From assembly GCA_004764695.1 (NCBI GenBank), contig SMSO01000031.1, positions 3,200,436 to 3,264,435 of the forward strand: a DNA stretch of 64,000 nucleotides. Direction: 5' to 3'. The notes beneath the pieces were generated by a model. It made no database searches, was not told where the DNA came from, and saw nothing but the letters and a program-made list of their open reading frames with translations. Positions 1 through 9,436 of this stretch are shown here, one piece after another. The stretch is from Schizochytrium sp. TIO01 (Eukaryota > Protista > Bigyra: Labyrinthulomycetes). How positions within the stretch are numbered: the first letter of the stretch is position 1; every line of letters starts with the position of its first letter. The position numbers were made by a program, and so were the translations under genes.

Positions 1-1
1 T

Positions 2-2182
2 CCGAGCTCGTAAAGTAGAGCCCAAAATCGACTGTCGGCGCAATTTCTCTTGAGCTACTAAACGAATACGGTTAAACGCACGGAACTTTGAAAGCTTTCG
101 AAATCTGGCTTCTAGCTGTACGATAAGTACATGAGCAAGCTTTGACTGAAAACGATCCTGCGCATCAAGTCTACTCTCATGTTCAGCAGCACGCAATAAT
201 TTTGTGAAGACATTTCTTAAGACCCGCAAACGCCATCGTTGGTGAATATTCTGTAACATGCGTGCACCTGCTCTGAAGAGACGCACCTGCTCTGAAGAAG
301 GCGGAAACTTTGCTTCAGGCTTTAGAGATTCCAGTGAAGGGTTTGACTGTAATAGAGGCGGTGAAAACAGCGCCACTGAGCGTTGTCGCAATGCCTGGAA
401 CCCTCTGCCAAGCATGCGTCTAGCACGTCGTTCCTCTGCACGAGCTAGCATCTGGGCTCCTGCTTGAATTGCCATTCGTGTTCGCTCTTCTAAAGCGATT
501 TCAATTTGAGATCGCAGTCGATCAGCAACCGCAGCAGCAGCAGAAGCCGTTGCAGCACTAATGGTAGAGTAGGTAGAACCCGTGGTTGAGATGACTGAAC
601 GATTCATACCACTACTTGAAGAGCGACTGCGTATCAAAGAGATAGTCTTCAAACCCTGCCGTTTTCGCTCATGTCGCCTCATCCACGCAAATCTCTTCCA
701 AGCAGCCCATGCGCGGATTAATTCGATTGAGGGGGGGCTAGGGTAGTAATCAAGAGGGGATGTGCTAAGTTCCCCATAGCTTACAGGTGTAGAGGAACTA
801 GTTTCCTCGTCCTCATCCGCATCTTTTACATCGAGGTCCAGATCTGAAAATTGATGTTGTATTGGTTGACTCCCCACAGCAGCTGGTAGCCGTTTTTGAG
901 AGTCTTTATGCACGCGCCCAGTGTGGTCAATATGCATCCAACTCGAATCAGCGGTACCGTAGTCTGCACTACGCGTCCGAGGCTCATTACGTTGCTTGAG
1001 TGGCGATGGAGCAAAAGTGACCTGACCACGTCGATACGACCTATTCATACTCCCCTTGGAAAATAAAAAGTCATTAAAATCTGAGCTTGGTTCTTGTGCT
1101 AAGTCTGATGATGTGTCCGACTCTTGCTCGTGAAGCTTCTCACTGATCGCAGCGCTCACTTTGCTTTCAAACGTACGAGGAGACCCATTCCAGCTGACGC
1201 GATCAATTGCTCTTGCAACAACTGAACCGGGTGATACTGGCGAAGATGATGATGAGGATAGTGGTGATAAAGGAAGTTTAGCGGAGACAAATTCAGCACC
1301 TGAAGGTGTCACAGGATTTAAGCCGAGCTCATATTCTACATCCTTTCGCAGCTGCTCTGCTGCAATTTGCAAAGGGCTCTGGCTCCTTTGACGTCTGCGA
1401 ATTTCACTCTTGCTTGTTCCCATCAGATTAAGCGAGTGTGTTGATGATCTATCATATATTTCATTAGCCTGCTCCATAACATCAACTTGCAGACCATCCT
1501 TCTCCATATTCTTATCCTGATCTGTATTCTGATTGTAGTCTTGATCAAAAGTTGACGCATGAGGTAGTCTTTCATCCGCAGACCTCCCATGAGGTCTCTT
1601 TGAAACTTCATATACACCTTTGCGATGTTGCTGGTCTTTCTGTTGCTGCTGTGTTTGCTGTCGATGTGGCGTTGCGTTTCCCAAAGGTCTAGTTGACTTT
1701 AGTATAGAGCTTTTGTTGGCCATGCCCATGATACCTGTAGAAGCATGAACCTTTCTGCGATCTAAAATTTGAGGCCTACATTGGTCTTCATTTGCATGTG
1801 TGTTTCTGATTCTCAGCGAGCGATTCATCTCCAAATCATCGCTCGCAGATAGGCTCAGAGAAACACGCCTCGGTTCACGAAGACCCGAACTGTCTTTTGA
1901 GGAACGAGGAAAATTAGAGTTGGGAGTTTGCGTTTTCAATAATAAGTTTTCCTCTGACAAGGAGTTTGCTGTTGCATGTGTTGTCGAATTCGTCGCATTA
2001 ATAGTTGCATTTGACAAAGACAACAAGCCCAACGTAGAGGACTTGGCGGGTAAAAACGGATCACTCGAAGTTGATGAGGCGCCAAAGTCCGCCTCGGGCT
2101 GGAACGACACTTTCGGAAGTCGTTCGCGGCCCAGCCCAGTGGCCCATTGATCAAATGACTGCCGCCGAGGTTGCCCAGACAT
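2..2182 (-). CDS. 5' part (>=727 aa) of a large protein that runs off the window edge: disordered S/Q/E-rich N-terminus followed by Sfi1-like (centrin-binding-type) helical repeats
   Basis: Not in the ORF track because it has no stop inside the window. Manual minus-strand translation from ATG at 2182 (MSGQPRRQSFDQWATGLGRERLPKVSF...) stays open to position 2, with an in-frame TAA upstream of the ATG. Distal segments IRAWAAWKRF, RRMLGRGFQALR, WRLRVLRNVFTKL and KLSKFRAFNRIR resemble the Sfi1 pattern (L-x3-F/W-x2-W/L-R/K). The CDS is well supported; the function is tentative. Confidence 0.75.
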   Translation of the reverse strand, partial: MSGQPRRQSFDQWATGLGRERLPKVSFQPEADFGASSTSSDPFLPAKSSTLGLLSLSNATINATNSTTHATANSLSEENLLLKTQTPNSNFPRSSKDSSGLREPRRVSLSLSASDDLEMNRSLRIRNTHANEDQCRPQILDRRKVHASTGIMGMANKSSILKSTRPLGNATPHRQQTQQQQKDQQHRKGVYEVSKRPHGRSADERLPHASTFDQDYNQNTDQDKNMEKDGLQVDVMEQANEIYDRSSTHSLNLMGTSKSEIRRRQRSQSPLQIAAEQLRKDVEYELGLNPVTPSGAEFVSAKLPLSPLSSSSSSPVSPGSVVARAIDRVSWNGSPRTFESKVSAAISEKLHEQESDTSSDLAQEPSSDFNDFLFSKGSMNRSYRRGQVTFAPSPLKQRNEPRTRSADYGTADSSWMHIDHTGRVHKDSQKRLPAAVGSQPIQHQFSDLDLDVKDADEDEETSSSTPVSYGELSTSPLDYYPSPPSIELIRAWAAWKRFAWMRRHERKRQGLKTISLIRSRSSSSGMNRSVISTTGSTYSTISAATASAAAAVADRLRSQIEIALEERTRMAIQAGAQMLARAEERRARRMLGRGFQALRQRSVALFSPPLLQSNPSLESLKPEAKFPPSSEQVRLFRAGARMLQNIHQRWRLRVLRNVFTKLLRAAEHESRLDAQDRFQSKLAHVLIVQLEARFRKLSKFRAFNRIRLVAQEKLRRQSILGSTLRAR

Positions 2183-5100
2183 CACCTCTTCCGCGTAAGG
2201 GCACTCGGACGGGTACTGGGCTTGACTTGGCTCCGTTATTTATTTCACTTGTTTTTTAAATTGATAAAATTTAAAACTTAAAGAAAAACCTTATATTACT
2301 AAATGATACCTTTATCGTTAGCTTTAAGAGCCTGTTCGCCTTTTACCCTATGGGTCCTTGCCAACCCATGTGTTGATATGATCGAGGTACTTAGTTTTGA
2401 ATGTCATCAATATCGAGCGAAGAGCATTTGTATGACCATTTGTGCTCACGCAAACGCTACGTTTAATAAGACTTTTGGTACACTAAGGGGATACAGACTC
2501 ACTGCACAGAGCGTTTTCATTCCAAATCAGAAAATTGGCTAATGAATCTATCATTCAGGCTCTAATATGATAAATCTCAAAGTGTCTACTCTGAAGCTGG
2601 ACATGTTAACTATAATGAGGTGAATCCATCAGTGAAGTTTGAGCACAAGATCTCATTATATTTGAGAGTGAAAGGCTCGGAAAGACCAACATGATTTTCC
2701 AAGAAAGCTTTCTTGAAGTCTGAATTCGATGTAAATAGGCCTAGATACTTCCCTGCAACCCTCGCTTTTAAAGTTACAACAAATCCAAACAAGTAGGCTG
2801 TTTCGCTTGCTCTCGGTTTGAATATATTGTAATAGACTACAAGGTAATGGACGACATCATAGAAAGCGTGTTTTCAACTTGACATTGAGCCGCAAGACTC
2901 TTTTGTACTGAATTGTAATCTTTTTGGAACTGCATTCAAATTTAGCATTCTACCTTAAGAAAGTGACACACGCGTTTGTTTGTATTTGCAGGTACTCCAA
3001 AGAACTAAACGCGCATCATGATCTGAATAACTGTGAATCGTATTTAAGCTACATATGAATTACCTAGCATCTAGTTGCGAAGAATACTAGTACCGAGATA
3101 GTGATCAGATTCAAATCAAAGACATCTGTGAAGCTGTTTTGAATCTTCATCTAGACACCGTGGTCTCCTGGTGTTGCGCGTCTGTACCAACCTTATTTAA
3201 ATAGGAATAATACCGAAAGTGTAGAAACCACTCAGCAAGGGTCAGATCTTCAACTTCATGAGTGAACATACAAAGAGTGTTGAAGTGTAGTCAAGCAAGC
3301 TTTCTTCAACAGTTGTAGTTGTATTTACGTATCATTGGAAGACCCAAATAGCATTGGGCACTTCATGTTAACACCCTGAGCAGATTTATTGAAGAGATTA
3401 AATCAGACGTCTTGTAATATGAGAGTATCTCTGACAATATCGTATGTTTGTGATGATAATTTGCATTCCAAAAACAAACAGGTGCTAGAGTTGGTGAAAT
3501 TACATTTCGAATCATTCATCTTCCAAGACTGAGGGCTCAACCTAAGTCAATATATCCTCATCACTTCGAGAACAAACAAACATAGTTTGGACTAGTAGAA
3601 GACACTATTGATACCTCCGAGTCTGGCCATGTTAATGTATTAGGAAATTGTTCGCTGAATGCGAATATTTGTGATTTAATATATTGTTCTACATAACACT
3701 CAAGAAGTATTCTGGACTTTGGTGTACCGGATATGACAGCTCTGAGTCGCCCTTAATTTTGTCAAGTTCGTAGTCCGGAGGGACTAAGTTGGTAAATTGG
3801 CGAGCAACTCGGCCGTCTTTCTCTGTTTCGCTTGAACTAAGCATGTCAATATTCATTATCGGTTACCCTTTTATTCTACTTAGCACCTCTCTGATTCTTG
3901 GTTACCCTATAAGTACGTAGCAGACAGAAATGAAGGTACTATTGAATAGACACACTAGTTATTATTAAAACCAGCTCGCCGGCTTCCATCCCGTCATTCG
4001 CGTGCTGGGCATTCGATGAGACCATTGAACCTTCGTTGGATACACCTTAGTGTATTCCTAAAATTCTCCTTAGATGGATATAGCTCCCTATACAAAGAAA
4101 ATTCCACAGTCACCACGTGCAGCCATTTGGGCGCAGCACGAGCCTTTTGGTGGAGCACTTGTCCATATCAGCTACTGATCCAGACGCAAATTTGCCCACA
4201 GAGACCTCCGAGGTCTCCCAAAGCTGGCTTCACGCGCATTGGGGTTTTATGCCGTATATGATTTTTTTCTTTCGGGACATTTTCACACCTACGGGTTCCC
4301 TCCACATATAACTTCGTTTTAGAGAAAATAAACTTCTCATTAACCATTTATCCAATTTAGGCTTCTTCAGAGATTTCAATGCAGATTGATTTAACAAAAA
4401 GATAAGCACCGTGGTTGGTAACGCCGCTATAGAGAACGCAGGGATGCTTCTGAAGATTTCGTCCTCAGTTCGAACTTAAAGGACGGGCGTTAGAATTTTC
4501 TGACGTGAGGAAACGGCGGAGTTCGTTGATTGGGGACATCGGGCTCGCGCGGTACTGCACGAATTTGGTCCCCAAAGCTGCCAAACTCTCTATGCCCCTC
4601 ATAAATGGCTTAGCAGCGCGGCAGGAGAGTTAGCCATCGGCTGTTGCAACTTGCACGCGTCAAGAGCAACGCTGTAAAAATGGCTGGCTCGCCCACTATC
4701 CGGCTGGCTCGCTACTGTCTGAATGGCAATGGGCTGGCTACTAACTGTCTACTTTTACTAGGTGTTAACCTCTGTGCTATTTAACTCTTAAAAGAAACAC
4801 TGCCTGAGTCGTCAACTGACTTGATTCTGAGTTAAGGAAATCTAACAATGGGCTAGTTGTAGTAAACTCGTCAGAGTTTCTTTCATATTGTCCAGCCAAT
4901 AGACCTGACGTAAATAGTCTTACAGAAAGTATTGAAAAAGCAGAGTTAGTCTTTTAAAGAATGTAAACCCAACGAACTTAAGCGGGGTTTGGATCTCAGC
5001 AGAACCTCAACTCCACTCGATAGCTTACACCAAGCAATACTCAAAAACAAAATCAAAGCACTGTGTTAAATCAATCCGTCGTGAAGTATAGCATTTATTG

Positions 5101-5208
5101 CCAATTCCTCAAAACTTGATTTAGAAGACATAACTTCAGCTCCATCTGTAACTCATCGTTCATTCACCAAAGAGTTTACCAGACTAAAGTACTAATCTTA
5201 GAAAGAAG

Positions 5209-8200
5209 ATGTCAACCTCCAAGGCATTTGCAGGTGTTGACCCCATTATGCGTCGCACCATTGACCAGCGCGGCGAGGTCGCTGAAGAGTTGACCCGTCG
5301 TGCTAGCTGGAGATCTGCAAAGGAACTGATTGCAGAGGAAGCTCAGCGCCGTGATGTTGAGACGAAGACCACAATTGTGAATGAACAACTTCAGCGCACC
5401 ATGAGCCAGAAAATGGCATCCCGCATGCTTGATGAGGAGAAACAACGTCGAGTTGTACTGGCCATGGCTTCGGATGTGCTTGCCGAGCTCGAGCGTCGTG
5501 CCAACGCTGCTGAAGCTGATCGTGCTATGACCGAAGAGTTTGAGCGTCGTGTAGCCCAGGAGTCTGCCCTTCAGCAACAGGAAAATTCCGAGCGCACCGC
5601 CAACCAGATTCGCGCCAACGAGGACATGGACAATGAGAAGAAGCGTCGTGAATCTGTTGGTCTCCCCACCCAAGAAGCCGCATTTGGCCAGCTCTCTTGG
5701 TTTGCCAACGAAGTTGTTCGCGCAATCAACAAAAGCGCAGCACTTCTTGGCGAAGATGAAGAGCGCCGTCGTCGCATGATGGAAGATCTTCGTTCTCAGG
5801 TCGCTGGTGACCTTCAACGTAAGCTTAATGCTCGTAAGGCAGACCGTGGATCCGAGGCTGAGCGCGTACGGCGCATTGCTAGTGACAAGAAGATTGAGGT
5901 TATGTGCGAGCTTACTTCTCGTGCCGATCGTAAGCTCGCCAGCGAGCTCTCCGAGGCCGAGCGCCGCCGCCTTGTTGCAGCAAATGAGGACTTTCCCTAC
6001 GGACGAACCTCTGAGAACAAGTCTCAGATTCTTGAGAAAATCCATTCACGTCAGAGCCTTCTCACTGCCCTCAAGGCCGAAGAGGACGCCCGCAAGGAAT
6101 ATGCTTTGGCTGATCTATACCATAAGGTTGCTGAGGAGGTTTGCTTCCGGGTTAACAAAGCAGCAGCACTCGTTGCCCAAGAGAACGAGCGCTCTGAACG
6201 TGTGGCCCGTGCTAAGTTTATTGGTAATGTTGTTCCTGAGATTGAGGCACGTGGTCGTTTCAAGAGCATCTTGGAGCAAGTGCGGGCGGCACAAGAGGAT
6301 CTGACCAAGGCTATGCCTGAATCTCTTCGGCTCCGTGCTGAAGACCCCAACGTAGGGTCTTTGCTCGAAGATATTATTCGTCATGGCAATCAACAAAAAG
6401 CTCGCCGTCTTGCTGACGAAGAGAAAACTCGCCGTACGGCTGAGAACAGAAAGCTTGATGTTCTTGACGACCTACAGCGTGTTATCGCGCAAAAGAACGT
6501 CTCAAGCGAGGTCTCTCTTGAATCTGCACGTGCAAACCACATGCGTAAGTTCGAATTGGCGCGTGAGCAGGCTGCTGCGGAGGCCCGTTGGAAGGATCTT
6601 AGCTGCTTCATTGCTCGCGAGCAGTCTGAGGAAAAGAACGATGCTCCTCACTCTCCCACGCTCAAAGAAATCCTTGAATATGTTCGTTCCGATGTGGAAC
6701 GTCTTGGAGCGCGTCGTGAAGTTGCTCAGGCCGTCAAAGAGGAACAAGAGCGCCGCACGCAGGCTGCTCGTGGCGAGGACGTCTTCCCTGGTGTGATTCG
6801 CGCCGTGAACCAGCGCGAAGCCACTCGTGCATGCATCTTAGAACAGCACCAGCGTGTTGCACGTCTTAAAGGTGAAGAGGTCCTCTCAGAGTTGTCTCGA
6901 CGTGCTCTCCAGAACGCTGTTCGCGCACAGACTGAAACAGAGAGATCTTACCGTGAGGCCGGCATGAAGGACGAGCTTCTTCGTCGATCCAACTCAGCCA
7001 ACTTTCGCGAGGTCTTGGACGAAATTCAACGTGAGAGTTTACGCAACGAGGTACTTCGCCAGATGGATCTTGAACAATCTGAGCGGGTCAATCGTGACCG
7101 TCTCGGATGGGTTATAAGTGACTTGGAGCGACACTTGAACCGTCTGCGCGCTGCCAACGATGCCGAAATGGAGCGATGCCGCCGCGTTGGAGCCAACAAA
7201 ACTCGTGCAGTACTTGACGAACTCGTTCGCTACCATAACCGAATGATTGCCGATGGGCTTGTTTGTAATGAGCAAGCTCGTCGTGTCCGTGACATGGATG
7301 TGGAGCGGAACCGTCGTGCATCTTTCCTTCAATTTTACGACATTCTTGAACAGGTTGAGCGCAAGTATGCGCAGCAAGTCGCAATTCGTGACGCTGAACT
7401 CGAGCGCGACGCTCGTATGACTCAGGAGACCTTTGCCAAGGTGCTTACCCAGCTCATTCGCACAGCTGCTCAAAAGGACGCGGACTTTGCAATGGATGCC
7501 GAGCGTGTTCTTCGAATGGCTCAGGAAGCTTTTGAAGCAGTCAACGTAGAGTTTAAACGCCGTGTTAATGCACAGGCTGCTGACAAAGCTGCTGACCAGG
7601 AGCGTCTTGATCGCATTCGTCGTTTGAGTGAGGATGCTTCAGTGCTTGTGAACGTGATGGCGTCTCCGATTCCAATGGTTCACGAACAGCTTCGCCGTAA
7701 GGCCTCGTGGAAGCAATCTAAGGCAGCTTACGAAGAGGAGCAGACCCAGGCCGAGGTCCGTGAGCGCGGAGTATCAGTTCGCGAGGAGCTTCTTCGAATT
7801 GCAGCTGTCAAAGAAGTCGAGGCTGCAATCGAGCTTGAGCGCCAGCGACTTCTGCACATTGAGCGTACTCGCGCTGTCCATGAGGAAATGGCACGTGCGC
7901 GCAGCGTCAAACTCATTCATGCTGCCATTGAGCAGGAACGTAAGGAACGCATTGCGACTGCAGCAACGACTGCTATGAAGTTTGCCCTTACTGCAGCTAA
8001 CTACCAAAGGGATATTCCTTGTGCAGCAGCAACCCTGAGACGCCAGCGTGAAGAACGGCAACTCATCTACGAGGAGCAAAATCAGCAACAGGTTTCCTCG
8101 CCAGTGTCTAGGGCAAAGGTATCATCGTTGGAGCGCCTTTTGACTCAGTCAGAAAACAATGCAGTTCCCATTGTTGAGGAGCAGCACCGCCGCATGATGA

Positions 8201-9108
8201 AAGATCTCGATCAGGGAAGCGATGAGCATATCGCACGTCTCATGAACAGGCATTTGGCAAGCATGCTTTCTGATGAAGAGAAGTCTCGCAGGGTCTCTGA
8301 GATGCTAGAGGAGGACTCAGCTGCCGAGTTTGAGCGCCACCGTGCACAGCTAGAGGCTGCTTTCGAGATCAGCGTCGAGAAGCATGCTCGAACTCAGGCT
8401 GTTGCAGAAAGTTCAGAGAACCTCGATGAGGAGCGCCGTATCCGCCAGGAGTGGGCCAAATATGTATCAGACGAAGAACGTCGTCGCCGTATTTATGAGG
8501 CAGACCTTGGATTCACGAACACTCGTCCTCGCCCTGGTCACCTTGTTGCTTTGCTTTCTGCTGACTGCGATCTCTTTGACTTTACTCTGGTGGATGGCAG
8601 TGACACCAACGAACTCGACCAGGACTGGTCTGAGCTGTCTAACAACCTTTGCGTATCTCCCCGTGAGATCCGTCTCGAGAACGATCTCACATCAAGCATG
8701 CGATCTGCATTGGAGTTCTACCAGGAGCAGCAACGCCGGCGCATTGAGGATAAGGAGTGTGAGCTTGCTATTGACCTTGAGCGTAGCTTTAACAAAAGGC
8801 GCGCGCAGCATGAGCAAGACCTGGAGCGATTTAGCCGTGTCGAGCATGCTAAGCTGCAAGAGAGCATTAGCTCTCTTGAGCGCATGCATGCAGTAAACAG
8901 CGCAAAACGTATGGCTGATCTTGAGCGTGATCGCCGCATGCTTGAACGCACTTACGTTGAGAAGATGACTGCTGACACCAAGCGTGTAAACCAGCAAAAG
9001 GCAATTCGTGATATGGAAGAGGAACGCACCCGCCGTATTAATGAGAGTACTGAATTTCAGGAGGCCTTACAACGTGCTATTCGTGCCGAATTTGAGAGTT
9101 CCAAGTAA
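5209..9108 (+). CDS. 1299-aa E/R/A-rich alpha-helical protein with a recurring 33-aa repeat; probably cytoskeletal or flagellar-apparatus structural protein
   Basis: Long ATG-started ORF with strong codon bias (CGT/CGC, GAG, GCT). Units such as EEKQRRVVLAMASDVLAELERRANAAEADRAMT and AERVRRIASDKKIEVMCELTSRADRKLASELSE are each 33 aa. No catalytic motifs seen. Confidence 0.85.
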   Translation: MSTSKAFAGVDPIMRRTIDQRGEVAEELTRRASWRSAKELIAEEAQRRDVETKTTIVNEQLQRTMSQKMASRMLDEEKQRRVVLAMASDVLAELERRANAAEADRAMTEEFERRVAQESALQQQENSERTANQIRANEDMDNEKKRRESVGLPTQEAAFGQLSWFANEVVRAINKSAALLGEDEERRRRMMEDLRSQVAGDLQRKLNARKADRGSEAERVRRIASDKKIEVMCELTSRADRKLASELSEAERRRLVAANEDFPYGRTSENKSQILEKIHSRQSLLTALKAEEDARKEYALADLYHKVAEEVCFRVNKAAALVAQENERSERVARAKFIGNVVPEIEARGRFKSILEQVRAAQEDLTKAMPESLRLRAEDPNVGSLLEDIIRHGNQQKARRLADEEKTRRTAENRKLDVLDDLQRVIAQKNVSSEVSLESARANHMRKFELAREQAAAEARWKDLSCFIAREQSEEKNDAPHSPTLKEILEYVRSDVERLGARREVAQAVKEEQERRTQAARGEDVFPGVIRAVNQREATRACILEQHQRVARLKGEEVLSELSRRALQNAVRAQTETERSYREAGMKDELLRRSNSANFREVLDEIQRESLRNEVLRQMDLEQSERVNRDRLGWVISDLERHLNRLRAANDAEMERCRRVGANKTRAVLDELVRYHNRMIADGLVCNEQARRVRDMDVERNRRASFLQFYDILEQVERKYAQQVAIRDAELERDARMTQETFAKVLTQLIRTAAQKDADFAMDAERVLRMAQEAFEAVNVEFKRRVNAQAADKAADQERLDRIRRLSEDASVLVNVMASPIPMVHEQLRRKASWKQSKAAYEEEQTQAEVRERGVSVREELLRIAAVKEVEAAIELERQRLLHIERTRAVHEEMARARSVKLIHAAIEQERKERIATAATTAMKFALTAANYQRDIPCAAATLRRQREERQLIYEEQNQQQVSSPVSRAKVSSLERLLTQSENNAVPIVEEQHRRMMKDLDQGSDEHIARLMNRHLASMLSDEEKSRRVSEMLEEDSAAEFERHRAQLEAAFEISVEKHARTQAVAESSENLDEERRIRQEWAKYVSDEERRRRIYEADLGFTNTRPRPGHLVALLSADCDLFDFTLVDGSDTNELDQDWSELSNNLCVSPREIRLENDLTSSMRSALEFYQEQQRRRIEDKECELAIDLERSFNKRRAQHEQDLERFSRVEHAKLQESISSLERMHAVNSAKRMADLERDRRMLERTYVEKMTADTKRVNQQKAIRDMEEERTRRINESTEFQEALQRAIRAEFESSK

Positions 9109-9436
9109 CTTGAGTCTTAAACACTTGCGCGCATACATGTATACCCATATAACAACACATTTTATTTTCATATGTTTGCACTCTCTCCGATGAAATTTAA
9201 GACATCACCCATAGCTCATTCACCAATTCCCTTCTTCACAAAGCATGTAAAATTCAGTCTGAGGCAAAGCATGGCCACCACAACAGCATAGCAAGACAAT
9301 CAACGCGTTTTGAAGGAAACTATATAAAAAAACAAAAATGTTACTTTTTATGTAAACAAAACAAAACAAAACAGCAGAACTTATGAAAAGGTAGGACATC
9401 CATCTCACCCTTCACAGCAAACATATACTATCGCAT

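Noticed and set aside
264-297. 15-bp direct repeat GCACCTGCTCTGAAG at a 19-bp offset, a possible frameshift or assembly artefact
   Set aside because: The reading frame stays open and protein-like on both sides, so there is no evidence of disruption.
1800-2150. 116-aa plus-strand ORF
   Set aside because: Antisense shadow of the minus-strand gene that starts at 2182.
5212-6045. 277-aa minus-strand ORF and other long antisense ORFs (e.g. 13485-14216, 14619-15170, 27384-27860, 55229-55861)
   Set aside because: Shadow frames of strongly codon-biased real genes, with no recognisable motifs.
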